Positions 1-11,773 of a stretch of 64,000 nt of DNA are shown here, piece after piece. Source of the DNA: Azolla caroliniana. Taxonomy: Eukaryota; Plantae; Polypodiophyta. The notes beneath the pieces were generated by a model that worked only from the letters and a program-made list of their open reading frames with translations, had not been told where the DNA came from and did not search any database. How positions within the stretch are numbered: the stretch's first letter is position 1; each line of letters starts with the position of its first letter. Location: NCBI GenBank assembly GCA_043228905.1, contig JBHGNT010000007.1:9424001-9488000 (forward strand), given 5' to 3'. Both the position numbers and the translations under genes were made by a program.

Positions 1-249
1 TTATTCAGATGTTTAATATGATGTTCACGTGTGACCTTGCAGAGCTGGCTGGCTGACCCTCTTTTGTCATGCTTGAGATTCTGTGACTTCTCTAACACTG
101 TCAATTGCGCCTCAAAAAGAAGTCATTTTAACTTTACAACATATTCTGTCACCCTAACTTTCGAACCAGAAGTGAGGTTCAATTTGAACCATAGCCCCTC
201 TAAAACGATTTGGAAAAATGAGGCATCGCTCTATTGTTCTCCATTGTGC

Positions 250-1700
250 AAAACCCCAATTGAATGATGATAGTTTTTACTCCAGTCAAATACATTGACA
301 CTAAATTAGATACACCTCCAAAACATTATAGCCATTGGGCATGAAAGGAATCAATGCCTGCTATTTCCCAGATCTATTTAACAAAAGAAACATGTTCCTC
401 TACTGATGTTTCTTTCGTCCATGCATCCCCCAATGAATGGCAAAACTCCAACCACAACTCTCCAAATGAATACCTTAGTTCGTAGCATCAATCTAGAACA
501 TCAACTTGCCTTGATCACATGAGACCACCAACTAATGGGCTTGCGAAACCCCCATATCTTTATAACCCTTTCTTCCATTCACATATGTTTGTCAATCAAC
601 TTGTGATAAGCATCTTTTGCTAGTATCATAGACAAACTCCTATTTCTAACCAATATCCAATTAAGCTCTCGAGATTCACTATGTAAATCAAGAATTGGTT
701 CATACAATGATAATAATCCTTGCAACTTATCCCAAATAAAGGTATAACCTATTGGAATATGAAATGTTGATCTTGTTGTTCGAAAGGCCATTATCCTTCT
801 CTATGACACCAATATAGCATCCTCGATTATTACCAAAGCCAATCTAGCCATCGAATTAAATTGAAGGTTAAGAAGTTGTTTATATTGCCACCTCAACAAC
901 CTTGATGCCGTGGAAACCTCCATTTGTAATGAATTGGCACATCCCCTTTTTCGTGGAGGATGCCATTGCACAAAATCTGCACATACTTTGCCAATATGTC
1001 AACCATCATGTTTCCAAGTTGAATTCTTCTCTTCTTTGTAAAGTATGTCACCATCTCCATCTAAGGTTATACATCCTCAAACATAAATGGAATGAAAGTA
1101 AATCGACGAGCCACCATATGTTCATCCTCCATAGACATATTGTGTAATCTAACAAGAATGGGATGTGTCACAATAGCGAATAGTAAAGGATTGATCAAGC
1201 ATCTTTGTCTAACTAATCCTCGAATACAAATAGGTTGGGTTACTTCTCCATTAGACATCACAAGTGAAAGAAAACCCTTCCCTAGTGTGTATATTATCCT
1301 AGACATACAATCACCAAAACCCATACGAGACATCAATTGGTTTATAAATGACCAATATATATTATCATATGCTCGCACAATATCCAATTATAACTACACC
1401 CATTCTTTTTTAGACTCCTTTGCATAGTCCATTTTCATTTGAACATTTAAAACATTATGTAAATATCTCTTTTTGTTAATAACCTATATTGAGCATTATG
1501 AATAATAGAATGAAAAACCTTATGTAATCTATTGGCCAACACTTTTGCAAAAATATTGTACATTTCCCCCATGAATGAAATAGGCCTCCATTGAGCAAAG
1601 GCACCTTCGTCAAAAGCTTTATGAAACCAATCTTTCATGAATGAGGCATTTCCCTTTCTGTCCACACCTTCTGAAATAAGATTGTAAAAGGCCCCTTTAG
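250..1700 (-). mobile_element. Degraded L1/Tx1-type LINE reverse transcriptase fragments
   Basis: Minus-strand peptides QWRPISFMGEMYNIFAKVLANRL (1447-1665) and RAYDNIYWSF...GLVRQRCLINPLLF (1067-1387) resemble the LINE RT motifs WRPISL/LANRL and GxRQGCPLSPLLF. Many stops and frameshifts; boundaries approximate. Confidence 0.75.
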
Positions 1701-1956
1701 CTTAATTACATATTTCTTAATGTAAACAATCAAGTATGTGATTGTGTGCAACCGAAAATAGAAATGGATTAGAGGGGTGAGAGAGAGAGAGAGAGAGTCG
1801 ACACAAGGTAGACAGAAAACAAACAAAAAACTATATTTCAAAAGAATGATAACCGACACTTACAAAGGTGAGGAGAAGGTATTTATATAGTCACCTTCTC
1901 TTTGTTAAAACTACCTCTCGGGAAAGAGGGGGGAACTTAACTAACTCATAATTATG

Positions 1957-4071
1957 TGTCATAGGAGTTACATATAAGTTGAGAAGCAAGCTCAACAAAG
2001 GTATGTGATGCTTATTGAGAAGTAAGATCTTATATAGTAGCTATTAGCTAATTAGCTATTAGTGGACATAAAGGTGAAACAACTATTTAGCTACTGACAG
2101 CTAGTTAGCTACTGACAACTAATTAGTTGCATATGTAAGTGATTTGTAACTTAGGTAAAAAGTAAGAGAGTGAGATATAGAAAAGTGAGCGAGAGAAAGA
2201 AAACAACGTAGTGAGAGTAGAGAAGAAAAAGAACAAAAAAACAGAAAACTGGTGAGAACGAGTTGAGTTTTGCATGTAATGAAATTGAAGCTTTTGGATT
2301 GCTACAGAGGTAAGTCTCTTTCCCCCTTTCTTTCTGTCTTGAGCACACTAATGATCCAACACATCATGATCCGATGTGCACAAAGAAGAGCCATAGTGCC
2401 TTCGTAACATGGTATCATAGCAGAGTTGCTCATAAAGAGGAACAATACAAATTTGAGAAGTTTGGTTTTGGTTGCTGGTTTGAATCAGAGAGTTGTCTGT
2501 GAAGTTAATTGTAGCAAATGCCCTAATTTGAAAGAGAGAATGGTTGTTGAGCATGGAAGCCAAATAGTCACAGAAAAGTTGGACAAAAACAATTTCCCTG
2601 CGTGGAAATTCAGAATGACAAATTTCTTGATGGGAAAAGGATATTGGGATTACATTGAAGGAGACTTAGAAGAGGCTCTAGGGATCCCTGAGGAAATTGC
2701 AACTGTTGCACAGATTAAAGCATTTAAGGAATGGAATCAATGGGCAAGGAAAGTATTACATTGGTTGTCACTTAGCATCTCAGATTCGATGCTTGGACAT
2801 ATACAAGATGCTTTGCTCCCAAATGAAGCTTGGGACAGTTTGGTAAAACTGTTTGCAGTAAACACAAAGGCTAGAAAGCTTCAATTGAAGACTAAGCTAA
2901 ATACTTTGGAAAAAGGTAAGATGCCAGTTAATGAGTATGCTTTGAAAATAAAGAGCATATGTGAGTCACTTGCTTCTATTAATGTAAAGGTAGAAGATGA
3001 TGATAAGGTGGAAATATGCTTAAGAGGCTTAAGACCTCAATATAAAAGCTTCGAAACATCTATTCTCACAAGGGATAGCATACCAAATTTTCCAAATCTA
3101 GTTTCAATGCTTGTAGTGGAAGAAAGAAATCAGATGGATGATGTAAACAAAGGGAACTCTAAGACTGAGGGGCAAGCCCTCTACAATAGTGTTGGAAGAG
3201 GCCGAGGAAGAGGCCATGGAAGATTTAGTTCAGCTAGAACCAACAACAATGATCAAGGAAGAGGACAACAGGCTACAAGTGGAAGAAACAACACTAGAGG
3301 CTGGGGGAGCAATCAAGGCAGAGGTAAGCAAAACTATTTGAACGATGATGGTTGTTGGTATTGTGGAGAACCAGGCCATACACATGTTGAATGCTATAAA
3401 AAGCAAAATGATGAAAAAAGAGGGAAGAGACAACAAAATAATTATGCTTCAACTAGTGAAGACTATGATAAAGGTGGTGCATTTGTTATGCAACATGAAA
3501 CAACAACAGTGGCTGAATATTCACAGAGATGTTAAATGAAGATTTTATGTGGTATGTAGATTCTGGGGCATCTAATCATATGACATGACATGCAAATTGG
3601 TTTGAAAGTTTAAGAGAACTAGATATTCCTGGTTATGTACAAACAAGTGATAACACCACTCATACAATCAAGCATGTTGGAGATATCCCATTGTGGGAAG
3701 AGAAGTAAAAACAAAGTATATGCTGAATGTGATGCATGTTCCAAACCTTGCAAAAAATCTGATTTCTATTGGACAAATAGTAGAGCAAGGAATGCAAATT
3801 AAGTTTAAGCAAAGTGGATGCTTTATAGAGAAACAGGGAAATCATATTGCAAAAGGAAAACAACAAGGAAGGATGTTTGTGTTAGATGTAGATATGCCTA
3901 AAAAGATTACAACCATGTTTGCAAAAGGAATGAGTGTAATCTTAGATGTGGAAATGTGTCATAAAAGAATTGGTCACATAAGTATGCAAACCTTGAAAAA
4001 TATGTTGAGGAAAAATGCAGTGGTTGGACTGCCTAAGTTAAAAGACTGTGAGATGAGCAAAATATGTGAAG
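1957..4071 (+). mobile_element. Ty1/Copia LTR retrotransposon, 5' part only (LTR, PBS, gag, protease, GAG-pre-integrase), truncated at about 4071
   Basis: LTR ends ...TAACA at 2409, then PBS TGGTATCATAGC (2410-2421, iMet-like). Gag with CWYC-GH-C knuckle, protease WYVDSGASNHM (~3550), CHKRIGH...ICE pre-integrase. LTR start is uncertain. Confidence 0.85.
2540..3535 (+). CDS. Copia gag (UBN2-type) with CCHC zinc knuckle
   Basis: ORF 2426-3535, probable ATG at 2540; NNFPAWKFRM and CWYCGEPGHTHVEC. Confidence 0.85.
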   Translation: MVVEHGSQIVTEKLDKNNFPAWKFRMTNFLMGKGYWDYIEGDLEEALGIPEEIATVAQIKAFKEWNQWARKVLHWLSLSISDSMLGHIQDALLPNEAWDSLVKLFAVNTKARKLQLKTKLNTLEKGKMPVNEYALKIKSICESLASINVKVEDDDKVEICLRGLRPQYKSFETSILTRDSIPNFPNLVSMLVVEERNQMDDVNKGNSKTEGQALYNSVGRGRGRGHGRFSSARTNNNDQGRGQQATSGRNNTRGWGSNQGRGKQNYLNDDGCWYCGEPGHTHVECYKKQNDEKRGKRQQNNYASTSEDYDKGGAFVMQHETTTVAEYSQRC

Positions 4072-4229
4072 GATGGGTCGGAAAGAGATAGCAATGGCGG
4101 TGGTCGGACGACACAACAGAACAATGACAGACAAAGATGAACATAGCATTCGTAAGAAGAAGGATGAAGAAAGGAGCGGCATTAGGAAGAAGAAAGAGAA
4201 AGAAGAGGAAAAAGACGAAGAATGAGAAG

Positions 4230-4266
4230 AACACCGGGTCATTTGAAACAAGTAATATGTCGCATT
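4230..4266 (+). repeat. Left terminal inverted repeat
   Basis: AACACCGGGTCATTTGAAACAAGTAATATGTCGCATT is the reverse complement of 11774-11810 with 2 mismatches. Confidence 0.92.
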
Positions 4267-4556
4267 ATGAGAACACTACGTCGAAAAAGGGCACAAAAGC
4301 ACGCAGTTTTCAAAAAGACACGACGCATGCGTAAAGCTTTTAAGAAAAGGTGGCAAAATATATTGAATTTCAACATGACTACCACTTTGAGTCATAAGTA
4401 AAATGCCTCCAAAAATACATCACCAAAATTACAAAATAATGTACAACATGTCTACCAGTTACAATTATACATATTCGTGAGTTTACATCCAAAACAAATT
4501 TACAAAGTTTCCGATCATGTAGTAAAACAATCCCCAGCTTGAACCAAACCAATATA

Positions 4557-7192
4557 TTAAGACATGTCTGATGGACTAGAAGAGCATTCTGACGTCTCAT
4601 CCTCATCATCAGTGGCAATCAAAGCATTATCCTCATCCAATTCCAACCCAACATCTTTGTGGTTATGAGAATTGCTTCTGGTTATTCTCTGTATTTCGTT
4701 TGACACCATGTTTGGGATTTTCTCCTTTATTATCTTGATAGTTGCTTGTCTTAGATGACCTGATTTTGTCAATGAGAAGTCATATACTAGTATGTCAACA
4801 CGGTCTAGTGCGAGAGTAGCCGTGCTCGGTATATTCTTTCTTCTTCTCTTTTTGCTTGAACATCCGACATCCTTAACCATCTCTAAAGAATACTTTCCTG
4901 TAAATGCATCAGTTGAATTTGTCTGATACCAATGGACTACTATTGACTTTGTCTGACTACTTTCTTCATCCCTTACTAATTCAATAATTTTTGCAATCCA
5001 AAATGGATGGTCCAAGGTATCGTCCCCTGCTAATGTTGCAACCAACATTCCCACTTGTAGTTCTTGCAAATTACCTTGCCATCTTGCCTCAACAGTACGT
5101 GACTTTCTTGGTCCCACATAAATATCTCTTTGCAATGGCCGAACTAAATCATGAAGCTCCATATTATTCGATTGTTGGTGATGAGTCTGCGATATCGTTG
5201 ATGTCATCCCAATGTTCCATGTGAATGGGATACGGATTGGCCATAAACCGGCGATGTAATTATCTAAAATGGTGCGTTGATGGGTGAAGAAAATCTCCTA
5301 CCATTCAACATCCTCATCACCGACATACTTCTTAGTCCGATCAATATTATTTTGTTTCTCTGCTAGACATCTCAACCAATATGCCCTTTGTTCATCAATA
5401 GTACTATTTGGTGCTACATTTTTACGATCATCATATGGTATTTGTTGTGCACCATGTAGAGGTTCATCTGGGATATGAAGAAGGAGCCTACAACCTTCTT
5501 GGGGCTCCCATTGTGCACTAGATGAGTATTGTTTCGCAAACAACACCGTCATCTTCAGGTGGGCCGATCTTTGTTTTATGAGGAAGACATGGTTGAAACT
5601 TATATTATTAAGAGGTGCAAGCGCCCTACCTTTAGTCCCGTCACTATCCATGCAGAAACGTTTAAAGTCGTATACTTCTTCCAAGTGTTGTACTTCAGGC
5701 TTTGGTGTATATGCTTCACTAATCAATTTGGATAGCGTGGGAAGTGTGAAAGCATTACAACGAGCAAGTTTCTTTGAGAACCTACTGAACATTTGATCTA
5801 TGTGATCATGGGTATGACCAACCAACAAGAAGTTAACCTTTATCTTTTTAAATATGCCCCTCTCTACTAGCATGCTTAGATAGCTGAAGACAGTTGAGTT
5901 CTTATTCTCTCTTGCTGTGTTGTCTAGTTGCACATATAGAACTGGCAGGAGTATACCTGACCATGATTGCAATACCCTGTGCATGACAATGACAGTAAGA
6001 TTAGGGTCGTTGTGGATATTGGGATAAGTTAAGAACACTTGCGGTCTTATAGTTTGACAGTATGTCAAACAACCCAGTAGATGCATTTGCACGAGACACT
6101 CATCTCCAATATCCTTGGGGAGTCTTTGAAAATGCGGCAAACAAGTTTTCTTTTGATCCATGCCGTCAATAATCATGCACATATACTTTTCGGGAGATTG
6201 AAACGCTTTTTGTCGGTGATGCATAGCCTTAGTACGTTCCAATGCCTGACTTTCACGATGTTCTTTTAACAGGTTCTTGTAATTCTTGATCTCTACATCT
6301 GATTTTCCACCCTTGGCCATACTTTTAAAACTCGCACATATTGAGCAGACTCCCATTCGCACCTTTCGTGGGATAACCACGTTATTAAATTGTAACCTCC
6401 ATAGTCGATTAAAATGCTTGTACTGTATGTAAGGCTCAACATCGGAAGACATGTCGTCCTTGTACGATTGGTAAACTTCCCTTCAAGTAAAGTTATCTGA
6501 CAAATGAAGTCTTCCTGTCGTTGGCATAACTTCGCACTGTTTTGAAAAATATACCTCTATCCAGAACCATTTTGATCGAACTGTACCCAGGAGCCCTTCA
6601 CAAGTCGCTCTTGAACTCGTTGCAGCTGCATATTTCCAATGCTATGAGTGATTTTAAAAGCTGCTCGACAACACTTGGTATATAGTCCAAGGAAATATTC
6701 AACTTGCGTTGAATTAGGCCCTGCTTTGTGATCCAATTTAAGTTGCATATGCGAAAGAAGAAATGTATCTTGCTCTTCCCCATTAAGCGACAAGTATTTT
6801 TGTCGTGTTTCACGTAACCTTGACTTTCCATAAGTTGATAGACAGAGATTCGCACAACACGATTTGTTCAAGTCGCATAGAAGTTGACGATCAGAACATA
6901 AGAAATTAAATCTCTTTTCACTAACTTGTCGAGGAACTCTTTTAAATGCTAGCGGTTTAGTAATGCTATTGTTATCTATCGACGAAGAATCGTCCGCTTG
7001 TAAGCTTGCATGAAGAGGGCCATCAACAGGATCAATTGAAAACAGAGAATTCGAAGTACTAGGAGCCACACTTTTCTGTTTAAGCCGCGAATGTTTTTTG
7101 TGGTCGTACTCTTCTATTGAGAAATACGAGTTGTCTGACAATGAAAAGGGGGCAATAGAAAAAAGAGATGTTCTACTTGTAGAAGAAGACAT
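4557..7192 (-). pseudogene. DDD/RNase H-fold transposase (DUF7869/Sola-like) with C-terminal BAH/Tudor-like barrel, disrupted
   Basis: ORFs 6557-7192, 5298-6452 and 4557-5207 join into one gene across a frameshift near 6560, an in-frame TGA (6483-6485) and an in-frame TAG (5298-5300). Motifs: CEVMP..HL...VY, CSIC, IIDGMDQ, YVQLDNTARENKN, FLLVGHTHDHIDQMFS; C-terminal PFWIAKI...VVHWY. Confidence 0.8.
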
Positions 7193-7254
7193 TTGAGGGA
7201 GTCTAACTGTATTCTAAAACCTTCTTTTGAGAAAATTAAGGAATACTGAAGCCT

Positions 7255-7375
7255 AACTATATAACTACCCGAACACTTAGATTAACTATATTATTTTCTG
7301 AAATTTTCCTAAAAAACAAATAATTAAAAATTATTTTTTATTTTAAAAATAATGCTAAAGTCTTCTATATAAAGA
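7255..7375. promoter_or_regulatory. Putative bidirectional promoter between the transposase and methyltransferase genes
   Basis: AT-rich ~300-bp gap with TATATAAA on + at 7366-7373 and TATATA at 7258-7263, upstream of the minus-strand ATG at 7192. Confidence 0.4.
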
Positions 7376-7489
7376 GGTTAGAAATTTCATTTTCATTATC
7401 ACGTGAAAGAATCCATCGAGCTCAGAGCACAGGCCAATTTTCGAGCACTCAGAAGCACATCGTGGACAACACTACCTCCGACATGAACC

Positions 7490-10400
7490 ATGAACAAGGG
7501 AAAGAAAATCGTCAGGTTAGTAATATTCATTACATTTTTTAAGATTCCTAAAGATTCCTTAAAGATTCCTTTCCTCAACACATAGAAATTTTATTTTATT
7601 TTGTACAACGAACTTGGAAAGCAATTCTGAAAGCCAGGACCTTCAACCAAAATCCGATGCAATGCATCGGATTTCGGTTTCGGTTGAAGGCAAGACCTTT
7701 CAACCGAAATCCAATGCAATTCTGAAAGCCAGGACCTTCAACCAAAATCCGATGCAGTGCTGTTTTTGCGATAAAAAACTATCGCATGGGACCATAAAAT
7801 TGACGTAATTTAAATGATAATTTGCGTGATTTAGATAAAATTGTACGTTGTTTCTATGTTTTCGCCAACGTTTTTAATTTCAGTGAACCCAGACAAAAAG
7901 TTCCTTCATTTAGATTGAAGATTCGATCTCCGACAAAACGAGATTCTGGCTCCAAGAATTTATTTGACTCAACGGGGGAAGGAGGATCCAAGTCATTTGT
8001 GGCTACTACCAAAATCAACAAAGGTAGTACGCAAGAGGAGAAAACGGTTGAGGTGAAATATAAGGATTACCCAGAACTTGAATGGTGTCTCTCTTATGTC
8101 GAGGAGGATGGGGTGCTGTTATTGATAACGACAAAATCGGACGGGGAAGGGAAACTTCAGCTTGGAAAAACATTTAATTACAGGCATGTAACCAAGCTAG
8201 AGTACGAAGACATTGACTCTACAAGTATTTTAATCGACGTCTCGAGCTCAGTTGGCAACAGGCGATTGCGACTTGATGAGGGAAACCTAGTACCCGAATC
8301 TTGCAATCCCAAGGCTTTGTGTAAAGACCCGCAAACGAAAAATAACTTGTTGGTAGCTCTTCGGTCGTACGTGACAAGAGAGATGATGACCGGTGAAGCA
8401 GAAACTCCACCGAAAAAGTCTAGGAAGACAAATCTTGTTCAAAAGAAATATACTAAACGACCACGACCCGAAGAAGAAGAAGAAGAAATATTTGAGTTCG
8501 TGGAAGAAGAAGACGACCAACAAGTCGACGTCGTGGCTCTAGGCGGACAACTATCTTCTGGTGTCCTGACGTCAGAACAAAATAAAATAAGAGAAAATAT
8601 TGTGAAGACTAAACTTGTGTGCAGGGGCCAGCTATTTCATTTGCCCATTACTTCTATCCAAAGGCCCCCCATTGACCCCGTGACTGGAAGACGTCCCTTG
8701 GAAATTAGGGAGCCACACTCCGTCCATGTGCAAAACCTGAAAAGCAAAATGAAAATCAATCCTCACGCTACTGTGGTGCCATTTTTGGTAATGGTTGATC
8801 AAGAACAATGCCCAACAGTAGCAGATTTCAAGTATAGCTCTGCAGACGATTACACATACTATGTAATCGGAGGATCACATTCGGCCGAAGCTCGACGACA
8901 GCTTGTCAAAGAATATCCTCTCACTCCGTTCTTCAAATATGCCGAATGTAAGGTATATGCAGGACTAACTCACGAGGAGGCGAAGCTGCTCGCATGGGAC
9001 CATAACAATGACAACGATTATAGGCAAAAGATGTCATGTATAGAGAGGATAAGATTTTTTCATCATGAATACCTCGATGCCTTGAATCGTTTTGGTCCAA
9101 GATTGTGGCCTGGATTGCGACGTCAGTGTTTATTGGAAGTAGGGATTGCAGTGGATGAGAGTACCAAATCCGAAGGTCTCCGAAAATATGATTCTTGGTT
9201 TCAACTAGCTTTTCGGACCGGAGAGGTGTGGAATCTCCAAGACAAAATATTCTCTATGTGGGAGCGGAAAGAAGTCAAGGGGCAAAGATAAAAAAAGGGA
9301 AGAATTGATCCACAAGTTGAGATGAAATCAAAGACCAAGGGAAAAAGCGACTTGGTAATCGAGGAGTTAGCAGAGGACATGAAACTTTTACCTTGGAGAT
9401 CATTACAAGGTATCAAAGATGATAGATTGTTAATATCCGTGCTATCTCGAGTGGTCGCCAAGGAATTTAGTTTGGACGAGATGGTAGCAGACTTGCAAAA
9501 GTAAGTGTTTATAGTATACCTTTTCATGAAAGTCTTCAATTATTTTGAATATCTTATTTCTAATTTCATATTGATTGTGCAGTCACAAGGTATACATGAA
9601 GATTCAAGAGTTGATGATGCAAAACTGAGTTTACCAACATGGGAAGAAGTTGAACAAGCCTGCCCGATAACTTCTTCCTACAAGGCATTGGAGGAATATT
9701 TTATTGTATTTAGAGAATGGGTATGTGTCTTTTGAATGTTGATATGTTAGAAAGTAATGTTCCCTGCTAACAACAATGACACTTGCAGAAACCATCAAAA
9801 TCGAAAAAGAACAACGACAATAATGACGGTATTCCAGCGGCCTTCATCACGCACTTAGAACGTGCGAAATATGAGAAGAGAATGACCAAAGGGAAGGAAA
9901 TGGAACTGCCCGAGGATTCGGAGACTGTAAAGAGTTTTTTGCATAGGTCTGATCCTTTCAAACAGCTTCATTATAGTGTTTTCAATGGCGAAGTATCCCA
10001 GATGCTCGAACTATTACCGAGAAGGCACTACACTTTGCTGATAGCTGACATACCATATGGTTTCCGTATTGCAAGTACCCTCAGATCGAGAAAATGGTAA
10101 AGGATTTCGCAGAACTGACAATGGCCCCCTTGTGGAGGATAGTCATATTTCATAGCATGGGGCAATCACTGTCAGTCACAACAGCTTTGAAGTCCCGTTG
10201 TCATGCCATTGAACACATGCATTGGTGCGTTATAGTTCGCTTTTACTCATTACAGTACTTCTTATTATATGTACACATTTACACCTCTAATACTTGATTT
10301 TCTTTCTCTATAGGATCAAAACAAATATTACATGTAGCCCTGGCGATCGAATGGTTAGTGCGGTCGAACATTTTTGTGTGGGCTACTATGATTCAATTAC

Positions 10401-11047
10401 AAAGAAGAAGGCTAGAGCACATGTCAATGAGCGTAACGTGGTTAACTACATCCATCATGTGCCCAGCTGTAACCAAAAAATTAAGACATGTGTCAGGGGA
10501 TAAAAGTATGGTGAACCCTTATCAAAAACCTCAAAGATTGATCAACCGCCTCATAGAGCTCTTCTCGAATCCAGATGATTGGGTCCTAGACTTGTTCTCT
10601 GGCACAGGTATAATATATATATTTAATTTCAATCCTGTCTATCAAGTTTAAGACGTTACTTCTTATATATACTTGTTTGTGTTCATGCGACCATTAGGTA
10701 CAACGACAGCTTGTGCATTGAAGATGTTTAGAAACTGTGTTGCATTGGAGAAGGACCCTGCTCAAGTTAACTTCATCAAAATGAGGATCACAGGAATCTA
10801 GGACTGTCCAGATCAGGATCAAGAAGTCGGAGCAAAACACATCAACGAGACAGAGATGTTCCAGATGACTTCACGAGAACCAATGGAACCAATTGATGAA
10901 GAAGCAGGGGAGCTGGTGGACCTGGAAGATGTAGCACAGTTTGACCATACATCAGATTCGGGAGAGCTTGGAGATGACACGAATGAAAACAGTCTAGAAC
11001 AATCAGCGCCAGAGGAGCCTGCTCTGCCTGATTTGCTTATAGATTGA
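7490..11047 (+). pseudogene. Six-exon gene: ParB/Srx-like domain plus beta-class N6-adenine/N4-cytosine DNA methyltransferase, disrupted
   Basis: Predicted exons 7490-7515, 7884-9500, 9583-9720, 9789-10224, 10314-10607, 10698-11047, all GT-AG with compatible phases. ParB-like YYVIGGSHSAEARRQL (~8855-8905); motif IV LLIADIPYG (DIPY 10047-10058); NPYQKPQRLINRLIELFSNPDDWVLDLFSGTG|TTTACALKMFRNCVALEKD. In-frame stops at 9289-9291 and ~10799, plus frameshifts. Confidence 0.82.
7621..7756. repeat. Direct and inverted array of a ~22-bp motif (CCTTCAACCRAAATCCGATGCA) in intron 1
   Basis: Copies at 7640-7661 (+), 7663-7690 (-, with a short duplication), 7696-7718 (+) and 7735-7756 (+); 41-bp direct repeat at 7621-7661 and 7716-7756. 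Confidence 0.8.
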
Positions 11048-11773
11048 TGTAGATGGCGTAATGTAAAAATTGAGGATTTTGAGGCATAATGTTCACCATC
11101 ACTTCATATTATATTTGTATATGAGAACATCTGTAATTGTTTATCGTTTAATTAAATTCACCTGTTCATAATTTCCCTTTTTAATCATTATTGGAACCGT
11201 TGTTTGTATTTACATATAATTGGTCACCATGCTCTTCTTCAGTTTGAGATATTAACATGATATTGTAATTTCTCATTTCCGTTAGCATGACTGTATATGA
11301 AAAGGCGAATGTTTTTGATAATAAGAGGTTTTTAGTTACCTACGGTTCAAGTCTACTGGTTCCACATAGTATAAATGAATGTCGTACGTAATTGTTACTC
11401 TTACCAATTACATTGTCATGAACTATATGACATTATACAATGAAACTATCGATATACCCGTCCAACAAGTGGGGTACTACTTTATTCCTAAACCCAAAAC
11501 CACATATTTATAATTACGATTTATGTAGTTTTACTCTACAATTTGAATATGGATACCAATTTTAGAACGTTATATTGAACCAAGTCTTCAATTGTGCTCC
11601 ATGATATGCAAATTGACACGAATGTGGACACATATACAATTTAGTAATTGCTAGGTTTTTTTTGTTCTATATTTAACCATCAAGTCGCAAAAGGGGTACG
11701 CATGCATCGTATATTTTCGATATCCGGCTAAAATAGGGTACTTTTCTACATCTGGCCAACTATGCCAAAAGAG

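Noticed and set aside
9789-10800. C5-cytosine (MET1/CMT/DRM) or MT-A70 methyltransferase
   Set aside because: No PCQ/ENV motifs. The DIPY...QKP...DLFSGTGTT order fits beta-class N6/N4 enzymes; MT-A70 proteins typically have DPPW and HSxKP..ELF.
7490-11047. Bacterial contamination as the source of the methyltransferase
   Set aside because: It has five phase-consistent GT-AG introns and sits inside TIRs among plant retroelements.
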